From the NCBI GenBank assembly GCA_964535195.1, contig CAZHSI010000019.1, positions 1,209-25,208 of the forward strand: 24,000 bases of DNA. The letters are read 5' to 3'. This stretch comes from an uncultured Coxiellaceae bacterium (lineage in GTDB: Bacteria; Pseudomonadota; Gammaproteobacteria; UBA9339). The notes under the pieces are model-generated. The model saw only the letters and a list, made by a program, of their open reading frames with translations, had not been told where the DNA came from and did no database searches. Of this stretch, positions 1-10,129 are shown piece by piece. Numbering within the stretch: position 1 is the stretch's first letter; each line of letters opens with the position of its first letter. Position numbers and translations under genes: made by a program.

Positions 1-43
1 AATGGAGATTCTACATCGAACCTCTCCATTTTTTCGACAGTCA

Positions 44-216
44 TTAATTTGGCCAAAAATCCTTGAATCTAGCGGTTGCTACTTCGGTGTAGCGTACCGT
101 ATACTGTATATTTTTATGTCCCGTAATATTGAATACTTCGGCGTATCCCTACCATCGTTGGCTAGCTTAAATCCAGTAGAGTGCCGCAACATATGTGGAT
201 GTATGGGCATAAGGAC
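44..216 (-). pseudogene. C-terminal remnant of a tyrosine recombinase/phage-type integrase, frameshifted
   Basis: Reverse-strand translation in successive frames gives 'MPIHPHMLRHSTGFKLANDGRDT' then 'RSIQYY', then after another shift 'GHKNIQYTVRYTEVATARFKDFWPN*'. This matches the conserved HxLRH...LGHxxxxxTxxYT pattern of tyrosine recombinases. Stop codon at 44-46. Confidence 0.85.
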
Positions 217-689
217 CATGTTATTCTCTCTAATGAATCCAAGAGATGGCAACCTCTAAAAATAAGCTAATTCTAATCTTCTCATAAGTATTGGCAAGCT
301 GTTTTGCATTTTTTTGCCAAAATACTCAAACAAGCTGTAAATTTTTACAAAATGACGTTTGCTGCAAAATTTTAACCATATCTATTATCAATCGCACGCA
401 AATCTTAAAGAAAACATTTTACCTATTTTGTAATTATAAAAATCAAAAATTTCTAATGCTCTATAAGTTTTGGAAGCGAAAAATCTTATAGCATCAGCTA
501 TTTTGCTTAACCCTTGTCTAAAATTATCCTTTATTGTTCTTCTGATTACGTAAAATTCGTTTGCGTAAAATTTTTGCAATACCATAAATTATAAGCTACG
601 ATCGCTGGTCTTAATTAGTACACGGGACTCAACTATTTACTATAATTCTGCCTCTTGAAGTCATAACGGTATATATAAGAACATAAAGT

Positions 690-2024
690 ATGAAAAAAAA
701 AATATTTATTGTGTTTTTTGTTGTCCTGTTTTCAGTTTTTGGCTGTGCTTCTGCTCACAAAACCATGCTTTATGATAACAAGCCAGCTTTTTACTCCTAT
801 ATTATAGGGGATGTGCGGGGTAATAGCATAAGCGTTGAGCATGAAGCCGGGGTTTATGTTACTCCTGCCAGTTGTCAAAAAACCATTATCGCCTTATTAG
901 CTTATAAAATGTTTGGCGCTGATTATTGCTATGAAACCAAATTTTATACTACGGAGAAGCAACAAAAGGTTCATGATGTTGTGGTGTCTTTTTCTGGTGA
1001 CCCTACCTTAACCTTAGGGGGGTTGAAACAACTTTTTGAAACAATTGGTGGTACTACGGTTACGGGTAAGATTCTTTTAGATGTTTCTTTATTTAAAACG
1101 CCGCCATATTCTCCAAATGTAATGGCGGAGGATATTGGTACAGAGGCGCGGCCAGTGACTAGCGCTAATATTGACCATAATTTAATTACAGTTAAAGTAA
1201 GTCCAAATAAAAGAGGTGGTAAATTTGCTATAGTTACTAATGATTCTGAATATCCAGTAGATTCCAGTGTAACTATTGCGCGTAGGTTGTCGTATGTAAA
1301 AATAGCGGTACGTAATAATCGTATTAAGGCCAGTGGTAACATAAAACGGCACCATTCTCCTGCGGGGTTAAATATTTCTCCTATGGATCTTGATTATTAC
1401 CTGTTACAAAAAGTTAAAATTGCCATGAAAAAAGCCAAGGTAAAAGGAAGGGTCGTAATTGTACGCGACCAGTCGCAACTACCCGCGGGTTTGATATTGC
1501 GTAATGTTATTAAATCTAAACCACTTGGCAGTATTATCCCCCCAGCTTTAAAAAAATCTGATAATTGGATATTTGACAATTTGTATATCAAGATTATTCA
1601 TACCCCAGGCGCTGAGGCTATAGAAAGTTGGAACGATGGTAGTGCCGTTATAAAAGATTTAGTTTATAAGTATTTGGGTGTTAATACCAGAGACTCTATC
1701 TTTGTCGATGGCTCAGGATTGTCTAGATATAACAAAATACAGCCACAGAAGCTTTTTGAGATACTAAAGCAAGGCTATGATATAACAGAATTTGTTGGGG
1801 CTTTGCCTAGTCCAGGTGAACCAAAGAGTACGCTTGCTAGAAGGACTCATCTGTTAGAGTACATAAAAGCTAAGACTGGCAATATGTCTGGTATTAGTTG
1901 TTTGTGTGGATATAGTGTCAATAATCATCCCAAAGCATTTGTAGTGGTTGCTGATGGCTTTTCTTCTTCCAATAAACGTATTTTTCCAGTTATAGATAAT
2001 TTTATTAATTACCATCTAAGGTAG
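690..2024 (+). CDS. dacB: D-alanyl-D-alanine carboxypeptidase/endopeptidase, PBP4 type (peptidase family S13)
   Basis: 444-aa ORF with N-terminal hydrophobic signal; SxxK motif in 'TPASCQK', SxN-like motif region 'DGSGLSRYN', and KTG in 'IKAKTGNMSG', as in S13/PBP4 enzymes. Confidence 0.85.
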   Translation: MKKKIFIVFFVVLFSVFGCASAHKTMLYDNKPAFYSYIIGDVRGNSISVEHEAGVYVTPASCQKTIIALLAYKMFGADYCYETKFYTTEKQQKVHDVVVSFSGDPTLTLGGLKQLFETIGGTTVTGKILLDVSLFKTPPYSPNVMAEDIGTEARPVTSANIDHNLITVKVSPNKRGGKFAIVTNDSEYPVDSSVTIARRLSYVKIAVRNNRIKASGNIKRHHSPAGLNISPMDLDYYLLQKVKIAMKKAKVKGRVVIVRDQSQLPAGLILRNVIKSKPLGSIIPPALKKSDNWIFDNLYIKIIHTPGAEAIESWNDGSAVIKDLVYKYLGVNTRDSIFVDGSGLSRYNKIQPQKLFEILKQGYDITEFVGALPSPGEPKSTLARRTHLLEYIKAKTGNMSGISCLCGYSVNNHPKAFVVVADGFSSSNKRIFPVIDNFINYHLR

Positions 2025-2318
2025 AGCTTATCCCAACCGCTAAATAGTCTATTCGAGCTTTTAATGATGAAGGCAATGATGTTTTTCTAAAAAAGCATAA
2101 AATTGTATAGGTGCAAATCAGGTTTTGGTTTGCTTTTTAGGTTAAAAATCAGGATAGATTTTATATTTTAATTTTTTAAAAAAAAACTGTTTTGACAAAG
2201 GAGGTCACCTTATAACTGGATTTTGGCGGTCCTTGCTGGGATGGCGGCTGAATTTTAGATTTTAACAGCAGCTGAAATGTAAAACATATACCTGTTATTG
2301 CACAGAAATATTTTTATA

Positions 2319-2347
2319 TTGACCTATTTATCATTTTGGTATATAAA
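2319..2347 (+). promoter_or_regulatory. Putative sigma70-type promoter upstream of the TetR/efflux locus
   Basis: TTGACC (2319-2324), 17-nt spacer, TATAAA (2342-2347), about 34 nt before the ATG at 2381. Confidence 0.45.
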
Positions 2348-2380
2348 AAGGTTTTAGTTCAAAATGTTTAAATTTAGTAT

Positions 2381-3004
2381 ATGGCGATAAAACAGGAAAA
2401 AACGAAAAAAATAATTTTGGCAGCCGCGAGGCAAATGTTTGCTAGGTTTGGTTTAGAAAAGACCAGTATTGATGAAATTGCCAAAACTGCCAAGGTGGCC
2501 AAAGGTACTATTTATAGTTATTTTGAAAATAAAGACCATATATACTTAGCGGTATTGCAAAGTGAAGCTGACGAGATGTTGCAAAGTATTGTGCATGCTT
2601 TATCTAAAGTAAGCTCGCCAATCGATAAATTAAGGATGTTGATTTTAGTTAAATTCCAATGTTTAGAACAATCTCCGAACTTTCGTAATTTAGATCGTAA
2701 CAAACTTATACAATGTTTACCTTATGCAGATGAGGTGTGGAAAAAATATCTCGAAAAAGAATTTAAACTTGTCAAATCTATTTTAAGTGCTGGGGTCGAA
2801 AATGGGATTTTTGTTATCGATAATATTTCTTTAGTGACGAAAACTATTATTTATGCTTTGAAAGGATTTGAAATTCATTTGTTAATTGATGAGGACAGTG
2901 AAAAACAAATTAAAAACACAGAACATTACATTAATAAAATATTGGATATGCTCTTTTTTGGAATTGTCAAAAAGAAAAAGGGGCTGAGAACTGCTCTGCT
3001 TTAG
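2381..3004 (+). CDS. TetR/AcrR family transcriptional regulator
   Basis: 207 aa; N-terminal TetR-type HTH 'IILAAARQMFARFGLEKTSIDEIAKTAKVAKGTIYSYFENKDHIYLAVL'. Confidence 0.93.
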   Translation: MAIKQEKTKKIILAAARQMFARFGLEKTSIDEIAKTAKVAKGTIYSYFENKDHIYLAVLQSEADEMLQSIVHALSKVSSPIDKLRMLILVKFQCLEQSPNFRNLDRNKLIQCLPYADEVWKKYLEKEFKLVKSILSAGVENGIFVIDNISLVTKTIIYALKGFEIHLLIDEDSEKQIKNTEHYINKILDMLFFGIVKKKKGLRTALL

Positions 3005-3035
3005 TTTTTGAAAAAAATTTAGAACATTAAGAATC

Positions 3036-4463
3036 ATGAAATCCATGGCTAAAAAAAAATTGTCGTTATTGATTTGTAGCGTGCTTGTTATTACTGGTTG
3101 TTCAATGGCGCCTAAGTATAAACGTCCTATGTTGCCAATAAGCGACAAATATTCGGGCGATCATGTGGCTTGCGTTCAAACAGTTTTAAGTGAGGTAGAT
3201 TGGAATGAATACTTTGCCGATCCGTATTTACAACAATTGATTGCAACAGCTTTAGAAAATAATCGAGATTTACGTATATCTTTACTTCATGTAGAGGAAG
3301 CCCAAGCTGCATATGGTATTAGACGTTCTAATCAGTTTCCCAATATAGATGTTGCGGCAGGTGGGAGTCGAATGCACTCTAGTGAAGGACTATTTCAGAA
3401 CAATTACTATGTTGGGTTAGATTCGCTTTCTTGGGAAATTGATTTTTGGGGTAAAATAAAAAATCTTAAAAATGTAGCGCTAGAGAATTTTTTTGCCACC
3501 GAAGCTGCAAATCGTGCTATTAAACTTTCTATCATAACTAATGTGGCTGATAATTATATTTTGATGCGTGAGCTAGAAGCGCGTCTTATTTTGGCTAATA
3601 AGAATGTAGCTAATTATAAAGAGCATCTAAATATTTATACTAAACGTTTTAAGGTAGGAGAAGTATCACAAATAGAACTTGTGCCTGTGAAGAAATTATT
3701 AGCAGACGCAGAAATGCTTGTGGTTAAACTTGAAGAGCGACGGGCAATGTATGCACATGCTTTGAGCCTTTTGATAGGTACACCGCTTCCAGTATTACCC
3801 CCGATTGAATTTAATGAAAATATTATTTTACATAAATTGCGAGCCGGCTTGCCTTCTGAATTATTAATTAAACGTCCTGATATAATTGCTAGTGAACATA
3901 AATTAAAAGCTACCGGGGCCAATATCGGTGCTGCTCGAGCAGCATTTTTTCCGAGCATTACTTTAACAGGATTGTTTGGTTCAGTAAGTTCTGAGTTTGG
4001 TCAATTATTTAGTACTGGACAAGCAGCATGGTTATTTGCGCCTAGAATTTCTATGCCAATTTTTGATGCTGGTCGGACTTATACTTCATTAAAGCTTGCT
4101 AAGATTAGGAACAATATAGCTGTCGCTAACTATGAAAAGACTATTCAAACAGCATTTCGCGAAGTATCTGATGCTTTAACAATGAACTTTAGCGCTTTGC
4201 GATCTGTACAGCTTCAAGAGCAAAAATTAGCAGCAGATAAAAAACAAGAGGGTATTGCTATAACTCGTTATCACAATGGTTCTATTTCTTATTTAGATCT
4301 ATTAGAAGTTAAAAAAATATCGATTCAATCGGAGCAACAATTAATAGAAGCTCGTAGCCGCTTACTCTCTAGTCGGATTCACTTATATACTGCTTTGGGT
4401 GGTGGTAGGCAAACCGTTGTGGTTAACGATATTAATAAAAAACTTAAGGTATCCCATGAATAA
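3036..4463 (+). CDS. Efflux system outer membrane factor lipoprotein (NodT/TolC-like OMF)
   Basis: 475 aa with lipobox 'VITGCSMAPKYKRP'; typical OMF segments 'IKRPDIIASEHKLKATGANIGAARAAFFPSITLTGLFG' and 'FREVSDAL'. Confidence 0.92.
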   Translation: MKSMAKKKLSLLICSVLVITGCSMAPKYKRPMLPISDKYSGDHVACVQTVLSEVDWNEYFADPYLQQLIATALENNRDLRISLLHVEEAQAAYGIRRSNQFPNIDVAAGGSRMHSSEGLFQNNYYVGLDSLSWEIDFWGKIKNLKNVALENFFATEAANRAIKLSIITNVADNYILMRELEARLILANKNVANYKEHLNIYTKRFKVGEVSQIELVPVKKLLADAEMLVVKLEERRAMYAHALSLLIGTPLPVLPPIEFNENIILHKLRAGLPSELLIKRPDIIASEHKLKATGANIGAARAAFFPSITLTGLFGSVSSEFGQLFSTGQAAWLFAPRISMPIFDAGRTYTSLKLAKIRNNIAVANYEKTIQTAFREVSDALTMNFSALRSVQLQEQKLAADKKQEGIAITRYHNGSISYLDLLEVKKISIQSEQQLIEARSRLLSSRIHLYTALGGGRQTVVVNDINKKLKVSHE

Positions 4464-5532
4464 TTTTTTAACTAAAAATAAAGCTATTGTTTTTGTAATC
4501 ATTTTTTTAATGATCTTAATTGGGGCTATGGTATGGAATGTTATGGGCCCTAAAGGATTGGGTAAAGGATTTATTAGTGGTAATGGTCGTATTGAGGCAA
4601 GTGAAGTTGATATTGCAACTAAATTAGGCGGACGCTTAATTAGTGTTTTTGTTAATGAAGGCGAATTAGTTAAAAAGGATCAAGTACTAGCTCAAATGCA
4701 AATCGATGTATTGCAAGCACAGCTTGATGAAGCAATAGCAAGAAATCAACAAGCAATTAAAATGGCTGATACCTCAGCTGCACAAGTAACAGTAGCTGAA
4801 AGTAATTTAGCCACAGCTAAATCGGTCGTAAAGCAAAGAGAGGCGGAATTAGATGCGGCAAAAAGACGATTAATCCGTTCACAAAGTTTAGCAAAATCTG
4901 GTGCTATTTCTCTACAAGTATTAGACGATGATCGTGCTAAAGCGAATAGCGCTAAAGCTGCTTTAAGTGCAGCTGAATCACAAGTGGCAGCAAGTGAAGC
5001 TGCTATTATTTCTGCACGAGCTGGATTTTCTGGGGCACAGTCAACAGTAGCGGCTTACATTGCTAATATTAAGCGTATTGAAGCTGAAATTAATGATAGT
5101 CGGTTAAAATCACCATGTGATGGTAAGGTACAATATAAGATCGCTCAACCTGGTGAAGTTCTTGCCGGGGGAGGCAAGATACTTAGTTTGATAGATCTAC
5201 ATGACATCTACATGACTTTCTTTTTGCCGGAAACAGTAGTTGGAAGGGTGGCAATAGGAAGTGAAGTGCGAATTGTATTGGATGCTGCTTCTGATTATGT
5301 GATACCAGCAAAAATTTCTTTTGTATCTAGTGTTGCCCAGTTTACGCCTAAAACTGTGGAAACCGTTAGTGAGAGGCAGAAGCTAATGTTTCGTGTAAAG
5401 GCGAAAGTAGATCAGGAAGTTATAGAGCGAAATTTACATCAGGTTAAGACTGGACTGCCAGGGGTAGCTTTTCTTAGATTAGATCCGAAGGTTGAATGGC
5501 CAAAAGAACTAATGATTCGGACTGAAAAATGA
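4456..5532 (+). CDS. HlyD-family membrane fusion/periplasmic adaptor protein (YhiI-like)
   Basis: N-terminal TM followed by '[40 protein letters not shown]', coiled-coil, then '[30 protein letters not shown]'. The start at 4456 ([13 protein letters not shown]) overlaps the OMF stop and is more plausible than the ORF-track start at 4399. Confidence 0.9.
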   Translation: MNNFLTKNKAIVFVIIFLMILIGAMVWNVMGPKGLGKGFISGNGRIEASEVDIATKLGGRLISVFVNEGELVKKDQVLAQMQIDVLQAQLDEAIARNQQAIKMADTSAAQVTVAESNLATAKSVVKQREAELDAAKRRLIRSQSLAKSGAISLQVLDDDRAKANSAKAALSAAESQVAASEAAIISARAGFSGAQSTVAAYIANIKRIEAEINDSRLKSPCDGKVQYKIAQPGEVLAGGGKILSLIDLHDIYMTFFLPETVVGRVAIGSEVRIVLDAASDYVIPAKISFVSSVAQFTPKTVETVSERQKLMFRVKAKVDQEVIERNLHQVKTGLPGVAFLRLDPKVEWPKELMIRTEK

Positions 5533-8303
5533 ATGCAATAACTACTGGCAAAGAATATAAGTATGCATCACAGTTGACTAATGTTACTTTAAGTTATAAA
5601 AAAAAAGTTGCACTAGACGATATTAGTTTAAGTATTCCAGCTAATTGTATGGTGGGATTAATCGGACCTGATGGAGTTGGTAAATCAAGTCTCATGTCTC
5701 TTATAGCTGGGGTGTTAGTAGCTAAAAAAGGCACAGTTGAAACTCTAGAAGGTAATATAGCCGATCCTCATCACCGAGACGAGATATGTTCTCAGATAGC
5801 CTATATGCCTCAAGGGCTCGGAAAAAATCTTTATCCTACTCTTTCAGTTGAGGAAAATTTACAGTTTTTTGGCAGTCTTTTTGGATTAGATGAAGCTGAA
5901 CGTAAAAAACGGATAGACTTACTGACTAAAGCCACCCATCTTTATAAATTTCTTAATCGTCCTGCGGGAAAGCTTTCTGGTGGTATGAAACAAAAATTAG
6001 GATTATGCTCGGCATTAATTCATAACCCTGCATTACTTATACTTGATGAGCCAACTACCGGAGTTGACCCATTGTCGCGTATCCAATTTTGGGAATTAAT
6101 TGAGCATATCCGTCATGAAATACCTCTATTGAGTATTATTGTTTCTACAGCTTATATGGATGAGGCAGAGCAATTTGATTGGTTGGTGGCAATGGATGCG
6201 GGAAAAATACTGGCTACAGGCACTCCTCAGGAAATACGAGAATGTACTAATTGTTTGTCTTTAGAAACTGCATTTGTATCGTTGCTTGCTAAAAAGCATA
6301 ATTTAAATCATAGAGAACTTTCAATACCTCCTTTAGCTAATAATAATGAGCACGAAGTAGCTATTGAAGCACGTGATTTGACTAAAAAATTTGGCTGTTT
6401 TACAGCTGTAAATAAAGTTAGCTTTAAGATCAGTCGGGGCGAGATATTTGGTTTTTTAGGGTCAAATGGTTGTGGCAAATCAACCACGATGAAAATGCTT
6501 ACAGGTCTTATACCGGCAACTGAAGGTACAGCGTGGTTATTTGGACATGAAGTTGATGCTAATGACATAGCTACCCGCAAACGTGTTGGTTATATGTCCC
6601 AGGGGTTTTCCCTTTATTCTGAACTGTCGGTACGTCAAAATTTAGAACTCCATGCACGACTGTTCCATGTGCCTGAAAAAAATATTATATCTTTAGTTGC
6701 CGATTCTGTTAATCGTTTTGGTCTGCATGGATTGCTTGAAGAATTACCAAGTAATTTACCGCTTGGGATCCGCCAGCGTTTATCTTTAGCTGTGGCAATG
6801 ATTCATAAACCTGATTTATTGATCCTAGATGAGCCAACTTCAGGTGTTGATCCTATAGCTCGTGATAATTTTTGGCATTTAATTATTGAGCTTGCTCGTA
6901 AAGATAAAGTTACAGTTTTTATCTCTACTCATTTTATGAATGAAGCGATGCGTTGTGATCGTATCTCATTAATGAATGCAGGAGAAGTGTTAGTAAGTGA
7001 TACTCCAAATAAGATAATAGAAAGAAAAGGGGTGGTTACATTAGAGCAGGCATTTATTGCATATCTGAAGGATGCGGAAGCAAGAGAGGAAACAAAAGAG
7101 GGTAATACGAAGATGGCTAAAACTAAGGATAGTGCTATCATAGGTTCGGCACCATTAGCTAGTTGTCATCATCGTAGCTTTAGTATAGCTCGTGCATTAA
7201 GCTATGCAGGACGGGAAGCTAAAGAATTACGACATGACCCTGTGCGGGGAACATTAGCTTTGTTTGGTAGCTTGTTACTTATGCTTATTATGGGTTTTGG
7301 TATTAGTTTAGATGTTGAGAAACTTAGCTTTGCAGTACTTGATCGCGATCAAACAATGCTAAGTCGTAACTATGCTTTAAACCTTGCTGGTTCCCGCTAT
7401 TTTGTAGAACATAATTCAATTGAAAATTATGCTGATTTAGATCGCAGGATGCGTAGTGGTGAGTTATCATTAGCAATCGAAATACCACCGGGTTTTGCTA
7501 GGGATTTAAAACGGGGGAATGTTGTGCAAATTGGAGCTTGGGTAGATGGTGCTATGCCTCAAAGAGCCGAAACCATCCAAGGTTATGCTAAAGCTATGCA
7601 TTATGCATGGCTAAGTGATATGGCTATGCACCGTTTAGGTAAAAATTTTAATATAAGCAATGCTAATGTTGAAACTCGTTTTCGTTATAATCCTGATGTG
7701 AAAAGTTTGCCGGCTATGGTTCCAGCAATAATACCTATTTTGCTTTTAATGATTCCAGCTATGATGACTGCATTAGCGATTGTGCGGGAAAAAGAATTAG
7801 GATCGATAATTAATTTTTATGTTACTCCGGTTACACGAACTGAATTTTTGCTTGGTAAACAATTACCCTATATTGCATTGGGGATGCTTAATTTTTTTCT
7901 AATGGTGCTGGCGGCATATGTTATTTTTGGAGTAACAATTAAAGGCAGTTTTATAACTTTGAGTTTGGCAGCGCTAATTTTTATTAGTTTTTCTACAGGG
8001 TTTGGGTTATTTGCTTCGATATTTACTCGTAGTCAAATTGCCGCATTGTTTTTAACTATGATAGGAACAATGATTCCATCGGTGCAATTTTCTGGGTTGC
8101 TTAACCCCATTTCTTCTTTAGAAGGAGTTGGCAGGTTAATAGGGGAGGTTTACCCTGCCACCCATTTTTTTATAATCAGTCGCGGAGTATTTACTAAAGC
8201 GTTAAAGTTATCAAATTTATATACTCCATTTTTGCTAATGCTAATCGCTGTTCCAGTAATTTTTATTAGTGCTATTTGCTTGTTAAAGAAACGGGAAAAT
8301 TAA
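5529..8303 (+). CDS. rbbA: RbbA-like ABC transporter: two ATP-binding domains fused to an ABC-2 type permease domain
   Basis: 924 aa; Walker A '[13 protein letters not shown]' and '[13 protein letters not shown]'; ABC signatures '[12 protein letters not shown]' and '[12 protein letters not shown]'; Walker B 'LLILDEPT' twice; C-terminal multi-TM permease. ATGA overlap with the upstream adaptor. Confidence 0.88.
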   Translation: MNAITTGKEYKYASQLTNVTLSYKKKVALDDISLSIPANCMVGLIGPDGVGKSSLMSLIAGVLVAKKGTVETLEGNIADPHHRDEICSQIAYMPQGLGKNLYPTLSVEENLQFFGSLFGLDEAERKKRIDLLTKATHLYKFLNRPAGKLSGGMKQKLGLCSALIHNPALLILDEPTTGVDPLSRIQFWELIEHIRHEIPLLSIIVSTAYMDEAEQFDWLVAMDAGKILATGTPQEIRECTNCLSLETAFVSLLAKKHNLNHRELSIPPLANNNEHEVAIEARDLTKKFGCFTAVNKVSFKISRGEIFGFLGSNGCGKSTTMKMLTGLIPATEGTAWLFGHEVDANDIATRKRVGYMSQGFSLYSELSVRQNLELHARLFHVPEKNIISLVADSVNRFGLHGLLEELPSNLPLGIRQRLSLAVAMIHKPDLLILDEPTSGVDPIARDNFWHLIIELARKDKVTVFISTHFMNEAMRCDRISLMNAGEVLVSDTPNKIIERKGVVTLEQAFIAYLKDAEAREETKEGNTKMAKTKDSAIIGSAPLASCHHRSFSIARALSYAGREAKELRHDPVRGTLALFGSLLLMLIMGFGISLDVEKLSFAVLDRDQTMLSRNYALNLAGSRYFVEHNSIENYADLDRRMRSGELSLAIEIPPGFARDLKRGNVVQIGAWVDGAMPQRAETIQGYAKAMHYAWLSDMAMHRLGKNFNISNANVETRFRYNPDVKSLPAMVPAIIPILLLMIPAMMTALAIVREKELGSIINFYVTPVTRTEFLLGKQLPYIALGMLNFFLMVLAAYVIFGVTIKGSFITLSLAALIFISFSTGFGLFASIFTRSQIAALFLTMIGTMIPSVQFSGLLNPISSLEGVGRLIGEVYPATHFFIISRGVFTKALKLSNLYTPFLLMLIAVPVIFISAICLLKKREN

Positions 8304-8305
8304 AA

Positions 8306-9430
8306 ATGATTCGTATCTCGAATATCTATCGATTAGGAATCAAAGAATTTTGGAGTTTGCGTCGCGACCCAGTTATAATGGGTTTGATTATTTATATTTT
8401 TACAGTGGCTATTTATGTAGCAGCGACCGCCATGCCCGATTCTTTACATAAAGCAGTAATTGCCGTAGTCGATGAAGATCAGTCGTTATTATCAGCGCAG
8501 ATTATATCTGCCTTTTATCCGCCACATTTTGTTTCCCCAAAAATTATTTCCCTTTCAGAAGTAGACGCTGGGATGGATACTGGCAAATATACTTTTGTGC
8601 TTAATATACCCCCTAATTTTGAACGAGATGTCATTGCCAAGCGTCTGCCAACAGCCCAGCTTAATGTTGATGCGACAAGGATGAGCCAAGCTTTTATTGG
8701 TAGCAGTTATATCCAACAAATGGTCTTAAGTGAAATTGATGAATTTGCTAAAGGTTATCGTAGCGAGCAGCCATTGCCAGTAGACTTAGTGCTAAGAGCG
8801 CGATTTAATCCATCTTTAATCAATGCTTGGTTTGGTTCTATAATGGAATTAATTAATGCTATAACTATGCTTTCTATCATATTGACTGGGGCGGCACTGA
8901 TCCGAGAACGGGAGCATGGGACTATAGAACATTTGCTGGTGATGCCGGTAACACCCGGGGAGATTATGTTTTCTAAAGTTTGGTCTATGGGCTTAGTGGT
9001 TTTGGTTGCTTCGGCTTGCTCTCTTGCTTTTGTTATCCAAGGGTTGCTTAAAGTGCCGATTGAAGGTTCAATGTATTTATTTTTAATTGGTACTTTTTTA
9101 TATTTATTTGCCACTACTTCAATGGCTATTTTTATTGCTACCATTGCTCATTCTATGCCTCAATTTGGATTGTTGATGATACTTATATTGCTGCCATTAC
9201 AAATGTTATCTGGCAGCATGACTCCACGTGAAAGTATGCCGATTTTTGTCCAAAATGTTATGTTGGTTGCTCCAACTACGCATTTTGTTTCATTGGCGCA
9301 AGCAGTTCTTTATCGGGCTGCCAATTTTAGCATTGTATGGCGACAATTTTTAGCTCTTATAATTATAGGTATATTGTTTTTTAGTATAGCTTTAAGCCGT
9401 TTTAGAAAAACCATCAATAGTACTATTTAA
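8306..9430 (+). CDS. yhhJ: ABC-2 type permease (YhhJ-like)
   Basis: 'FWSLRRDPVIMGLIIYIFTVAIYVAATAMPDSLHKAVIAVVDEDQS', 'GAALIREREHGTIEHLLVMPVTPGEIMFSKV'. The ATG at 8306 (MIRISNIYRLGIKEF), 2 nt after the rbbA stop, is preferred over 8276. Confidence 0.88.
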   Translation: MIRISNIYRLGIKEFWSLRRDPVIMGLIIYIFTVAIYVAATAMPDSLHKAVIAVVDEDQSLLSAQIISAFYPPHFVSPKIISLSEVDAGMDTGKYTFVLNIPPNFERDVIAKRLPTAQLNVDATRMSQAFIGSSYIQQMVLSEIDEFAKGYRSEQPLPVDLVLRARFNPSLINAWFGSIMELINAITMLSIILTGAALIREREHGTIEHLLVMPVTPGEIMFSKVWSMGLVVLVASACSLAFVIQGLLKVPIEGSMYLFLIGTFLYLFATTSMAIFIATIAHSMPQFGLLMILILLPLQMLSGSMTPRESMPIFVQNVMLVAPTTHFVSLAQAVLYRAANFSIVWRQFLALIIIGILFFSIALSRFRKTINSTI

Positions 9431-9550
9431 GGATGCGTTGTCTAAATGTTGTTAAAAATTTTGATAATAAAATAATGCTTAGTAGCAACATCATTGGTTA
9501 AGCTTTTTTATCAATAATTATTTATTATGGTCTGTTGACATTTTGTCTAT

Positions 9551-9650
9551 AATCTAAATTTCCTCGAAGCAAGCTTCGAGGACAAAGCAATGGGGGATTA
9601 CCAAGGGGAAGAGGCGTAGCTCTCCCCCTCGGGCGAAGTCTAAAAATTGA
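9551..9650 (+). repeat. Intergenic hairpin-bearing repeat, copy 1
   Basis: 'AATCTAAATTTCCTCGAAGCAAGCTTCGAGGACAAAGCAATGGGGGAT' is nearly identical to 22030-22074. Hairpin CCTCGAAGC/GCTTCGAGG at 9562-9581, followed by GGGGAAGAG...CTCTCCCC. Confidence 0.8.
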
Positions 9651-9663
9651 TTTTGAAAAATAA

Positions 9664-10115
9664 GAGCAAACTCGTAAAATTGAGTTTTTCGAAATAACAA
9701 TTAAAACGAGTTTGCAATGGCTAGACTAATGCTCACTGATGAGCTATGGTCAAAGCTAAGGACAATGAGGCGCCAACAGGGTGTTTTATGACAAGCCAAG
9801 TCTTAGAATGATGGTTGAAGGTATGTTATCCGGTATGAGGGTTGGGTGTCCGTGGCGTGGCGTAAGTACTATCAGTATTTGGTTGTTGGAATTCCATATA
9901 CCAGAAATTTAACCGCTGGTCTGCAAAAAATAAGCTGATCAGCATTTTCAAAATGCTAGTTCAAGCTCCTGATCTTGAATGGGAGTTTATCGACGGAAGT
10001 ATTGTAAAAGCGCATCAACATAGTGCAGGAGCTGCTACTGAAGAAGGACGGGCTATTGGTAAATCTGTTGCGTGAAACACTACTGAAATTGTAAAAATCC
10101 CGATCTGATCTTACA
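9664..10115 (+). mobile_element. Truncated, frameshifted IS5-family transposase remnant
   Basis: Fragments in shifting frames: 'MARLMLTDELWSKLRTMRRQQGV', 'YDKPSLRMMVEGMLSGMRVGCPWRG', 'WNSIYQKFNRWSAKNKLISIFKMLVQAPDLEWEFIDGSIVKAHQHSAGAATEEGRAIGKSVA*'. Left-end inverted repeat GCAAACTCGT/ACGAGTTTGC (9666-9675/9706-9715). The 3' part of the transposase is missing. Confidence 0.88.
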
Positions 10116-10129
10116 GTCGCCCCTATTTT

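Noticed and set aside
2-259. 85-aa plus-strand ORF MEILHRTSPFF...
   Set aside because: It overlaps an antisense tyrosine-recombinase remnant whose conserved motifs explain the sequence much better; the plus-strand protein has no credible features.
291-585. Short ORFs at 291-491 (+) and 388-585 (-)
   Set aside because: Short, AT-rich, overlapping each other, no RBS or motif.
971-1591. Minus-strand ORFs inside dacB, and similar antisense ORFs in the OMF, rbbA, yhhJ, tsaB, upp and kinase genes
   Set aside because: Antisense shadows of strongly supported coding sequences.
4399-4455. N-terminal extension of the HlyD adaptor (MVVGKPLWLTILIKNLRYP)
   Set aside because: It overlaps the end of the OMF extensively; M at 4456 gives a normal cytoplasmic-tail/TM start.
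9541-9560. TTGACA...TATAAT just before repeat copy 1 as a promoter
   Set aside because: Spacing between the two hexamers is only about 7 nt, far from the 16-18 nt needed.
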